A stretch of 24,191 nucleotides of DNA from a virus (Duplodnaviria; Caudoviricetes), in IMG/VR virus record IMGVR_UViG_3300023278_002714, positions 1-24,191 of that record, one strand, 5' to 3'. The notes beneath the pieces are model-generated. The model worked only from the letters and a program-made list of their open reading frames with translations, was not told the DNA's origin and did no database searches. The position numbers and the translations under genes are program-made. The first letter of the stretch is position 1. Each line of letters begins with the position of its first letter. Positions 8,892 to 16,195 of this stretch are shown here, one piece after another.

Positions 8892-9676
8892 AGTTCTTCT
8901 TTTGCTTTGTCAAGTATGCCGCTGTAAAGAGTGCCTTCAGAGAGATCGTTAAAATTTTCTGGTTTTATTTTGAGGTCAGACAACATGTATTTACAGAATA
9001 TCTTCATTTGATCAATAAACTCTTTGTCGTCATTGAACGGCGGGAGGCTTTTGTTTTTTTCAAAAAAATGCGAATCACGCTTATCTTTAAAGCCGTCTAT
9101 TCCAATAAAGTCAACTTTATTAGCTCCAAAGAGCCTAGATAAAACACAAGCTCTTGGTGCATACCCAAGTCTAGAAAAATATCTTGTTAAATAAATAAAA
9201 GATTTGGGATAGTTTTCTTTTAAATTTACTAAATTAATTGTACTTCTTTTCGAAGAGTGCTCAAAACCTAAAATAGTATTATATTTAGCGATATACTCTA
9301 CAAAATCTTTATCATTAAAATTTATTTCATCGCCAATTAAAGCAAAGTCAACCCTACGTTTTTTCAAAAAATCATTTTTAAAGAAATGATTGCAACTAAA
9401 TACAAAATCATAAGAATCAATTATCTTGTCATTTAGATTTTCAGAAGATGGGCCTCCGCCAATTACGAGAACCGATTTGCCTTTTACAAAACTAAGGTCA
9501 AAATTAGCTTTTAAAAAAAGTTCTTCTGTTATTTTTGATTCGCCAAAGACTTCATCTACGATAGAACTGCCAAAAAAGTATTCATACATTTCGTGGGATA
9601 TCTTCGCCCAATTTTCTTTAGTGGCGTTAAAAGAAAACCAACCTCCTTGAAAGATATTGTTTCTGTATAGGCTCAC
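8888..9676 (-). CDS. Putative sialyl/nonulosonyl-transferase, GT42/Maf-like, copy 2
   Basis: VLVIGGGPS, FVFSCNHFF, RYFS, VDFIGIDG and HFFE; a paralogue of 7330..8109. GTG start overlaps the neuB TAG. Confidence 0.7.
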   Translation of the reverse strand: MSLYRNNIFQGGWFSFNATKENWAKISHEMYEYFFGSSIVDEVFGESKITEELFLKANFDLSFVKGKSVLVIGGGPSSENLNDKIIDSYDFVFSCNHFFKNDFLKKRRVDFALIGDEINFNDKDFVEYIAKYNTILGFEHSSKRSTINLVNLKENYPKSFIYLTRYFSRLGYAPRACVLSRLFGANKVDFIGIDGFKDKRDSHFFEKNKSLPPFNDDKEFIDQMKIFCKYMLSDLKIKPENFNDLSEGTLYSGILDKAKEEL

Positions 9677-10509
9677 TAATTTTTTCTAAGCTTATCTCTT
9701 ACTGGCTTTTCCGATTCAGTTACAGAAATAACTCCGTCTCCATGAGATTTCTCTAACTCTCTAATGCCACTAACTAACTTAAATAAACCCTGTGGTTCTA
9801 CGGACGCCATGTGATCTGATCCCCACATGGTTCTATCTAGCGTAACATGACGCTCGATGATGGTTGCTCCCAGGTAAATAGCGGCAACTGAGGTTCCCAA
9901 TCTAAATTCATGTCCGCTATAACCAACTTCACAGTTGTATTTTTCTTTTAGCGTCTTGATGCAGGAAAGATTCAATTCATCTAGTGGCGCTGGATACGTT
10001 GAATTGCAATGCAAGATTGCATAATTGTCCGTTTCTTTAGAAAGTATTCTATAAGCTTCATTAACTTCTGGCAAGCTGCTCATGCCAGTTGAAATAATTA
10101 CCTTTTTACCTGTTCTACAAGAGGCTTTTAGTAATTCAGTATCAGTAAGCATGGCGGAGGGCAGCTTAATAAAGGGAATATCGTATTGATTTAAAAACTC
10201 CAAACTGTCTAGATCCCAAGGGGAAGCGCTCCAAGAAATCCCTTTGTCTTTACAATAGCGATCAATTTCATCATATTGCTCTTTTCCAAATTCTACCTTG
10301 TACTTGTAATCTAGATATGTCATACGTCCCCAAGGAGTATCCCTCATGACGGATTTTTGATGATCTGGTACGCAGACATCTGGATTTCTTTTTTGGAACT
10401 TGACGGCATCGCAACCAGCCGCTGCGGAAATATCGATTAATCTTTTCGCAATATCGAGGTCGCCGTTATGATTTAGGCCAATTTCTGCTATGATGTAAGT
10501 TTTCTTCAT
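9676..10509 (-). CDS. neuB: Nonulosonate synthase, NeuB family, lacking the C-terminal SAF/antifreeze-like domain
   Basis: IIAEIGLNHNGD, DAVKFQKR, IISTGMS, LHCNSTYP, VGYSGHE, IERHVTLD and SDHMASVEP. 277 aa. Confidence 0.95.
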   Translation of the reverse strand: MKKTYIIAEIGLNHNGDLDIAKRLIDISAAAGCDAVKFQKRNPDVCVPDHQKSVMRDTPWGRMTYLDYKYKVEFGKEQYDEIDRYCKDKGISWSASPWDLDSLEFLNQYDIPFIKLPSAMLTDTELLKASCRTGKKVIISTGMSSLPEVNEAYRILSKETDNYAILHCNSTYPAPLDELNLSCIKTLKEKYNCEVGYSGHEFRLGTSVAAIYLGATIIERHVTLDRTMWGSDHMASVEPQGLFKLVSGIRELEKSHGDGVISVTESEKPVRDKLRKN

Positions 10510-10517
10510 TATTTTTT

Positions 10518-10545
10518 ATAATAAATTACTTAAATGATTTGTCAA
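10518..10545 (-). promoter_or_regulatory. Sigma70-like promoter for the neuB operon
   Basis: TTGACA(10545-10540)-N16-TATTAT(10523-10518)-N8-ATG, the same geometry as the promoter before dnaB. Confidence 0.6.
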
Positions 10546-11300
10546 GAAATAAATTCTTTATAATCTGTATACATAGAAGAGTCTCCATGGCTTATTACTT
10601 TTGAATCTGGTCTATTGTTTGGATAGTCTGGCACACGCACAAATTTAAAGTCTGTAAAGGATTGACCAGAGTGCAGGTGACCTGGCAGTTCAGAGCATGG
10701 GGTGATAAAAACATTTTTGTAAAATATCTCTTTCCAATCTGCTTTAAGAATATTAAGACCCATAGCATACATAAAAAATATTCCGAAACACTGCTCTGAA
10801 TAGTTTATATTGATTTTTTCTAAGAACTTACCTTCGGAGTTCAAAACCATTAGCTTGCAGCCTTCTTGTATGACTTCGGTAGGCCCTCCAAAAATATGAG
10901 TAGAAAAGCATGCTGGGTGCATTTTCCAGAACCCATTGTCGGTAGTGTGAACTCTATTTTGATTCTCTTTCCAGTTTTTTATAAATTTATTTAAATCTGG
11001 ATATAGCTCGTCACTCCTTGTTCTTAAAACGAATGGTTTGGTTGCTAGAGAGCATCCCTTCCAAGTTGTAAATGATTGAAAAAATCTACAACCTTGGTTA
11101 TTTATTTTTGATAAGTTATTTGGATAAGAACTTGTTACTAGTTTATACTTTTTATTCGTTTTGTTGAGTAAGTCTAAATTTTCGTTATCCCAGGTCGAAA
11201 TTATGATTTCTTCAAACCCTTGATTTGAGTAAGAATCAATTGATTCATATGTTCTTTCGTCTATCGGACCAGTTATTAGAACACTTATATCTTTTTTCAT
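10542..11300 (-). CDS. WavE-like lipopolysaccharide synthesis protein
   Basis: DISVLITGP...EIIISTW...N..Q..TT..G...FVLRTRSD matches the WavE family N-terminal pattern as I recall it. Confidence 0.65.
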   Translation of the reverse strand: MKKDISVLITGPIDERTYESIDSYSNQGFEEIIISTWDNENLDLLNKTNKKYKLVTSSYPNNLSKINNQGCRFFQSFTTWKGCSLATKPFVLRTRSDELYPDLNKFIKNWKENQNRVHTTDNGFWKMHPACFSTHIFGGPTEVIQEGCKLMVLNSEGKFLEKININYSEQCFGIFFMYAMGLNILKADWKEIFYKNVFITPCSELPGHLHSGQSFTDFKFVRVPDYPNNRPDSKVISHGDSSMYTDYKEFIS

Positions 11301-11554
11301 TTTTTATACTTAAACCATATGGTTATCATTACTATAGCGGATAATAAACTTAAGCCATAGTTTATCAACCACCAAAAATCAAAACCTACTCTTAGTATAG
11401 TATAGGATATGGCAGAGATATAACCAATTACAGAAAGTATAAACAAGGAAATGCTAACATCTTCGACTTGTTTCGTTCTTATGCTTTTGATTATTTGTGG
11501 CCAGATGCAAGTGCTAAAACAAATCGTATATACTAAACCTAAGAATTCTTCCAT
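11297..11554 (-). CDS. PQ-loop / SemiSWEET-type three-helix transporter
   Basis: 85 aa with three hydrophobic helices, WPQIIKSIRTKQVEDVS loop and conserved Asn in helix 3. Confidence 0.85.
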   Translation of the reverse strand: MEEFLGLVYTICFSTCIWPQIIKSIRTKQVEDVSISLFILSVIGYISAISYTILRVGFDFWWLINYGLSLLSAIVMITIWFKYKK

Positions 11555-11558
11555 TGGC

Positions 11559-11747
11559 CTATTTTAATAGGTCTCTGTTTGTTTTCCAGTCAGTTCTGTG
11601 TTTTCTTATCCAAGAAAGTAAGGCCCTCTCGAAACCTATGTCTTTTCCCGACTTTTCTGACTCGATCCACTTATGTTTGAGTATTTCTTCTCTTTCTGCC
11701 AAAAATTCTTGGTATACTGTAGAACCTGTGGCAAAGTGGCCAGTCAT
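11559..11747 (-). CDS. Small DUF4032-like protein
   Basis: YQEFLAEREEILKHKWIESEKSGKDIGFERALLSW matches the short stand-alone DUF4032-type proteins I recall from Verrucomicrobiota. Confidence 0.7.
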   Translation of the reverse strand: MTGHFATGSTVYQEFLAEREEILKHKWIESEKSGKDIGFERALLSWIRKHRTDWKTNRDLLK

Positions 11748-11748
11748 A

Positions 11749-12735
11749 CTATTCTTCTTCTTGAATAGTGGCGGCTTGTGACAGTGTTGGGTCTACAGCA
11801 AGAAGAGATGCGTCTGATTCAAGCTCTCCCTGTACTTTTTGACCAGATTCCCATTGTCTGCAAGACCAATACCTAGCCTTGTATTTTGGGCCAGGGTTGG
11901 TGTCGCATTGGTGTCTAGCTCTAAAAGATTTACGACGGGCTGGATCGTCTCTTTTAATTTCCATATTAGGGTCACCAAAAGTAACTTTTACTACGTTACC
12001 TTTATCATTTTTTACGTAGACTCCAAATTTTTTATTTGAGCCAGACGGAAGTCTAAAAGGTTTGTTTAAAGTTTTTTTTTCTTTAGCTTCAATTTTAAAA
12101 GTTTCCGAAGCGTCACCTTCTAATATTTCTGTACGTGTCGATCCAGCGGCGAACAAATCTATTCTGGCTAGGGCAAACTCAACTCCAGAAATATCTTTAT
12201 CTTCTGAAAAATCTCCTGGACTCCATTCGCTAAGGGCAGTAGGCAGCAAATAGACTTCTTCTTCGGAGGCTCTAGCTACATCCGAGTCGGCTTTACGATA
12301 AGAGTCTTTTACCTTACCGCCTCTCATCATTTTTAAAAACATATTTACTCTAGCCATGGCCCAAGAAGCTCTTGATTGGCCTGGTCTATGTGAGCCAGAA
12401 AAAGCTCCAGAACCTCTTCTGTAAACCTTTTTAAGCATGCCTAGTGTAACTTTTTTGCCAGACTTTTCGTTGTGCTCCTTTACTTTATTTTTGAGTGAAG
12501 TTGTAACCTTATCACTAAATGTAATTTTCGCTTTAGATTCTTTAACTAAATCCTTGTCGTCTTTCTTTTCTAGGGCCTTTTTAGACTTCTCTTTTGATTC
12601 TGGAGAAGTGCCCGCCGAGCCTGGCTCATTCTTGGAGGAACCCTTTTTGCGCTCTTCAGGTTTTGAGGGGGTTTGGGCTCCGCTCTTGGGCCCAGGTCTA
12701 CCTGCGTGCAGTTCATCTGAAAAATCTAGTTCCAT
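11749..12735 (-). CDS. Basic two-domain viral protein (DUF5824-like plus DUF5754/DUF6321-like)
   Basis: Domain 1: LKKVYRRGSGAF..SHRPG....WAMARVN. Domain 2: KKFGVYV...VTFGDPNM....DPARRKSFRARHQC....ARYWSC..W. Lys-rich N-terminus. Confidence 0.6.
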   Translation of the reverse strand: MELDFSDELHAGRPGPKSGAQTPSKPEERKKGSSKNEPGSAGTSPESKEKSKKALEKKDDKDLVKESKAKITFSDKVTTSLKNKVKEHNEKSGKKVTLGMLKKVYRRGSGAFSGSHRPGQSRASWAMARVNMFLKMMRGGKVKDSYRKADSDVARASEEEVYLLPTALSEWSPGDFSEDKDISGVEFALARIDLFAAGSTRTEILEGDASETFKIEAKEKKTLNKPFRLPSGSNKKFGVYVKNDKGNVVKVTFGDPNMEIKRDDPARRKSFRARHQCDTNPGPKYKARYWSCRQWESGQKVQGELESDASLLAVDPTLSQAATIQEEE

Positions 12736-12746
12736 TGTATATAGTA

Positions 12747-12753
12747 TTACACT
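12747..12753 (-). promoter_or_regulatory. AGTGTAA motif (putative phage-specific promoter)
   Basis: AGTGTAA-N11-ATG(12735), with an A/T tract upstream. Confidence 0.55.
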
Positions 12754-12768
12754 TTTTTTTAAAAAATT

Positions 12769-13056
12769 TTAACCCCAGAGTTTATATACTACAGCGGCAG
12801 CTATTGCCGTCAACAAACCACTAATAAAAATCCAAGTAACTTTATTAAAACCTCCCATAAAAGCTTTTGTTTCGGCTATAGATCTTTCCATTTCCATCAT
12901 CCTAGAGTTCATGTCCTCTATTTTTTTGAACAGTACATCGGTTAATGTGCCTAATTGAATTAATTTTTCTTCAGCTCTGGCTATAGAGATAATGGCATCT
13001 GATAATTTATCAACCTTCTCCTCTATTCGGGTTAGTCTATCTTGGTTTTCGGACAT
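12769..13056 (-). CDS. Coiled-coil protein with C-terminal TM helix (XhlA/holin-like)
   Basis: RLTRIEEKVDKL heptads followed by hydrophobic VTWIFISGLLTAIAAAVVY. Confidence 0.55.
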   Translation of the reverse strand: MSENQDRLTRIEEKVDKLSDAIISIARAEEKLIQLGTLTDVLFKKIEDMNSRMMEMERSIAETKAFMGGFNKVTWIFISGLLTAIAAAVVYKLWG

Positions 13057-13065
13057 TAGTATCTT

Positions 13066-13072
13066 TTACACT
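13066..13072 (-). promoter_or_regulatory. AGTGTAA motif (putative phage-specific promoter)
   Basis: AGTGTAA-N9-ATG(13056). It doubles as the last codon and stop (GTG TAA) of the upstream gene. Confidence 0.5.
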
Positions 13073-13308
13073 AAATTTTCAAAATTTTCTTGAGGAAATA
13101 AGTATTCCTTATGTTCTTCTTCATTTACGTTAAAAAACGTACAAGCTTCTGAAAAAGTGTCAAAATACGTCCAACCATCTACTGGATAAGTGTACGTGTC
13201 CTTTTGAGATATATCTAGGGTATAGTTCTTGTTAAGAAGGTGTGTGCCATGAATCATTACTGATTTTTTGGCGCCCACTTCTAATTTGTAAAATCCTTTT
13301 TCTTCCAT
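13066..13308 (-). CDS. Hypothetical phage protein (YTYPVDGW motif)
   Basis: 80-aa ORF starting 4 nt after the LRR gene stop; possible partner of the LRR protein. Confidence 0.75.
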   Translation of the reverse strand: MEEKGFYKLEVGAKKSVMIHGTHLLNKNYTLDISQKDTYTYPVDGWTYFDTFSEACTFFNVNEEEHKEYLFPQENFENLV

Positions 13309-13312
13309 AATA

Positions 13313-15427
13313 TTATAACGATAGAGTCCAACCTTTATTTGTTGCTATTGCTTTATCTGCATCTGTTAGGTCCGAAGTGTAAGAATTATTTCTTATATCG
13401 AGTGTGGCAGTATAGCTTACTGTGAGTAATTGATTAAAAATTTCTAACATTTGTGCACGTTTGATGGGACTATAACGTAAGCCATCACCAGAGTTTCCAG
13501 TTACTGTATATTTAAATCCTGTTTTAACTTCTGAGAACGTTAATGTATTAGATGGCCAAGTTGCTAAATGTGGTGTATTTTCAACATTAGATTGAAAGTT
13601 TGTACTATGACTAGGAGATCCGTCATCTTGATCTATAAAGTTCCATTGATAATCTCCGTTATCATCTGGTCCATTGCGATATATAATTCCTCGCTCAGAA
13701 CCAACTAGCAAGTAATCGCTTCCGCCGTCGACAATTTGATATTCACCACTCACATCCGCATTGCCATTGACAGTTACATTTATTCTTGGACTTGCGTAAC
13801 CAGCTCTAAATGTGCCAGGAAATTTTATAGCATTAATATTTCTACAAACGTGAAACATTTGATAATAGTCACTAGTCTCTGTGGCAAAAGAAAAATCCAC
13901 ACCATCAAGGCACATTAAAGCACTGCAAGCATAAAAACATCTATAATATTCACCATTTGCTGGACCTGCTATCATTCCAATTATTTTAATAGCCGTCAAA
14001 GATTTACAGTCATAGAAGGTTTGACTCAAAGAGTTATTGTCTGTCAAGCTTCTAACTTTTATATCGGGCAATTCAGCCAAGTTATCCATCTGATAAAAAG
14101 TTAATGCCAGGGTAGGGGAATTAGAAAAATCCAAATGATCGTAAGATGAATGGAAACGGGCAATCTGCTTAGATGACCGAAAGGTACCGTACATGTAACC
14201 CGATTTGGTAAACTGACCTATATACGGAAATTCTAAAAGATTATCCAGTGCTATAAATGCATCGGTAAACGAAAAAGTATTAGAAGTTGAATTTATACTG
14301 CCAATCCAATCAGAGACGCCATCAAAGACAGCAGACCAATCTTTTATGTTACTACACACACCGAATGTGTTTCTAAGGCCATGAGACGCAGGCCCACTAG
14401 GCTGGCATCTTTGAGCAGAAAATCCTTTTGGTATAGCTGTTAATGAACGGCAATCCCTAAACATATAATCCATCCGTGTGTCTGAGCCAGAACCTGTTCT
14501 CATTCCTAAGTAAGGAATGTATTTTAATTTTCTGCAATCCCTAAACATCAAATAAAAAGTGCTGCAACTAGTATGTATTGAATCACCAAATAGCCCTTCT
14601 GGCAAATACTGTAAACTAAAGCACTGATCGAAAAATTGCTGAAAGTTACTTGAAGATTTAAACCAAAATTTATCTTGATTGGCAAATTCATCTGGCAAAA
14701 ATTTTAATGAATGGCACCGCATAAAGCACTGGTAATAGACTCTTGTGCCAGAATTATAAACCCAAGGAACAAATGGTATTGATTGAAGTTTTTTGGTGCC
14801 ATTATAAAGCTGATTAGGATTTGTTACTCTATTTGAACTTGTGTTTCTAACTTCTATCTGCTCGCACAAAGCAAGCGCCCTATTATAACTTAGACTAATA
14901 TTAGTACAATTGCTTGAACTTACGAATAGATCTAATATTGGTGCCCCTTTTCTATAGGTCGCACCAGTGAATGTCACAAATGGTCCTTCCATATCAGAGT
15001 TAATTTGACTAAACTTAGCAGAGCCAGCTAATGTAACTTCAAATATTGCTTGCTTGTATCCCCTAAATGGAGTTGCTTTGGCTGTACTTGTATCTGATGT
15101 TATTGCATCATAATCATAAATATGGTAATGTGTAGTATTATGGGCGAGAGTTTCAGTAGTACCGTCTCCCCAATTTACAGTATATGTTGAACCATCAGTT
15201 GTATCTAAATGTAAAGCTACATAGTTATGTGCAGGAGAAACGTCATTAGGATAAACAGCCACTAAGCCTTTAACTTTTTCTGGGACTGTGTCGGTTCCAT
15301 ACGCAGAGATTATCCCCAAGTCAAGCCACTCTGGTGGACGGCTCCATCTAAGGTCATTATCAAATTTTAATGTAGTTGGCAGTCTTTGTTTAACATTGCC
15401 TGGAGATGAACTAGGCAAAAAACTCAT
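13313..15427 (-). CDS. BspA/DUF285-like leucine-rich-repeat protein with N-terminal PKD-like domain (putative virion adhesin)
   Basis: YTVNWGDGTTETL, repeats of the form MFRDCRKLKYIP / FDQCFSLQYLP / TFYDCKSLTAI, and C-terminal cap AIATNKGWTL. Confidence 0.75.
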   Translation of the reverse strand: MSFLPSSSPGNVKQRLPTTLKFDNDLRWSRPPEWLDLGIISAYGTDTVPEKVKGLVAVYPNDVSPAHNYVALHLDTTDGSTYTVNWGDGTTETLAHNTTHYHIYDYDAITSDTSTAKATPFRGYKQAIFEVTLAGSAKFSQINSDMEGPFVTFTGATYRKGAPILDLFVSSSNCTNISLSYNRALALCEQIEVRNTSSNRVTNPNQLYNGTKKLQSIPFVPWVYNSGTRVYYQCFMRCHSLKFLPDEFANQDKFWFKSSSNFQQFFDQCFSLQYLPEGLFGDSIHTSCSTFYLMFRDCRKLKYIPYLGMRTGSGSDTRMDYMFRDCRSLTAIPKGFSAQRCQPSGPASHGLRNTFGVCSNIKDWSAVFDGVSDWIGSINSTSNTFSFTDAFIALDNLLEFPYIGQFTKSGYMYGTFRSSKQIARFHSSYDHLDFSNSPTLALTFYQMDNLAELPDIKVRSLTDNNSLSQTFYDCKSLTAIKIIGMIAGPANGEYYRCFYACSALMCLDGVDFSFATETSDYYQMFHVCRNINAIKFPGTFRAGYASPRINVTVNGNADVSGEYQIVDGGSDYLLVGSERGIIYRNGPDDNGDYQWNFIDQDDGSPSHSTNFQSNVENTPHLATWPSNTLTFSEVKTGFKYTVTGNSGDGLRYSPIKRAQMLEIFNQLLTVSYTATLDIRNNSYTSDLTDADKAIATNKGWTLSL

Positions 15428-16176
15428 ACTATATTGCCCCCCAAGAATGCTCCGCTTGATGATTTATATATAATTTGTGCTTGTCCAAAAATTCCAGCTA
15501 TGTCGCTAGCCCCATTAAAAGAGTTTAATCCAGACATCCCTACACCAGTGACAAAAGAAACTAAATTTTGTGTTTCTGCTATAAATGTTGCTACATATCC
15601 ATTACCACTAGTTTGAGCGGGAACTGTAATGTTAATTGGGGCTGAATTTTGTAGTAATACAGTCGCCCCCTTATGGGTTGCCCCCAAGGTAAAGCTTCCT
15701 GTCTGCGTTACAAATGAACTTGAACTTAAGGTAGTTTTACCAAGAGTAGTTAAGCCTCCAGATAGCATTGTATCCCCATTAACTTCAAGTTTTGCAGATG
15801 GCGTAATTGTTCCAATACCTACGTTGCTGCCACTAACCACTAAAGCATTAGTGCCATACTCACCAATAGTAATTTTATCATAGCCAGAAACACTTTCTAC
15901 CTCTATTATTGGCAAACCAGCAGCATCGTTGACGCTGAATATTATACCCGTGACTTCGTCAGTTACGCCAAATAAACGTCCATTTGAGCCATCAACGCTA
16001 AATCTATCAAGATAATTAATTCCATTGGCGGAGCTATTGATCTCAACACCCGCATATCCATTATATTTAATTGCAACTCCCGAAGCGTTTCCAGTCAGAA
16101 TAGGAACAATAGCGCTGCCCGCTGTATTGCCGTCAAAAAATATACCAGATTCTGGCACTGTAAGTATGTTTGCCAT
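15424..16176 (-). CDS. Short tail-fibre-like structural protein
   Basis: GSNVGIGTITPSAKLEVNG repeat unit; Gly/Ser/Thr-rich and beta-rich; C-terminal TVLLQN..INITVP domain. Confidence 0.65.
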   Translation of the reverse strand: MANILTVPESGIFFDGNTAGSAIVPILTGNASGVAIKYNGYAGVEINSSANGINYLDRFSVDGSNGRLFGVTDEVTGIIFSVNDAAGLPIIEVESVSGYDKITIGEYGTNALVVSGSNVGIGTITPSAKLEVNGDTMLSGGLTTLGKTTLSSSSFVTQTGSFTLGATHKGATVLLQNSAPINITVPAQTSGNGYVATFIAETQNLVSFVTGVGMSGLNSFNGASDIAGIFGQAQIIYKSSSGAFLGGNIV

Positions 16177-16185
16177 TATATTATA

Positions 16186-16192
16186 TTACACT
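16186..16192 (-). promoter_or_regulatory. AGTGTAA motif (putative phage-specific promoter)
   Basis: AGTGTAA-TATAATATA-ATG(16176). Confidence 0.55.
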
Positions 16193-16195
16193 TGT

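Noticed and set aside
5333-11300. Bacterial capsule/O-antigen locus (cellular origin)
   Set aside because: There is no flippase, polymerase or ABC exporter, the genes overlap directly into divergent phage-type recA, and the flanks are virion genes. A prophage or chimeric origin is not formally excluded.
12753-12772. Intrinsic terminator at the T/A tract
   Set aside because: There is no GC-rich stem. It is better read as A/T-rich sequence upstream of the AGTGTAA motif.
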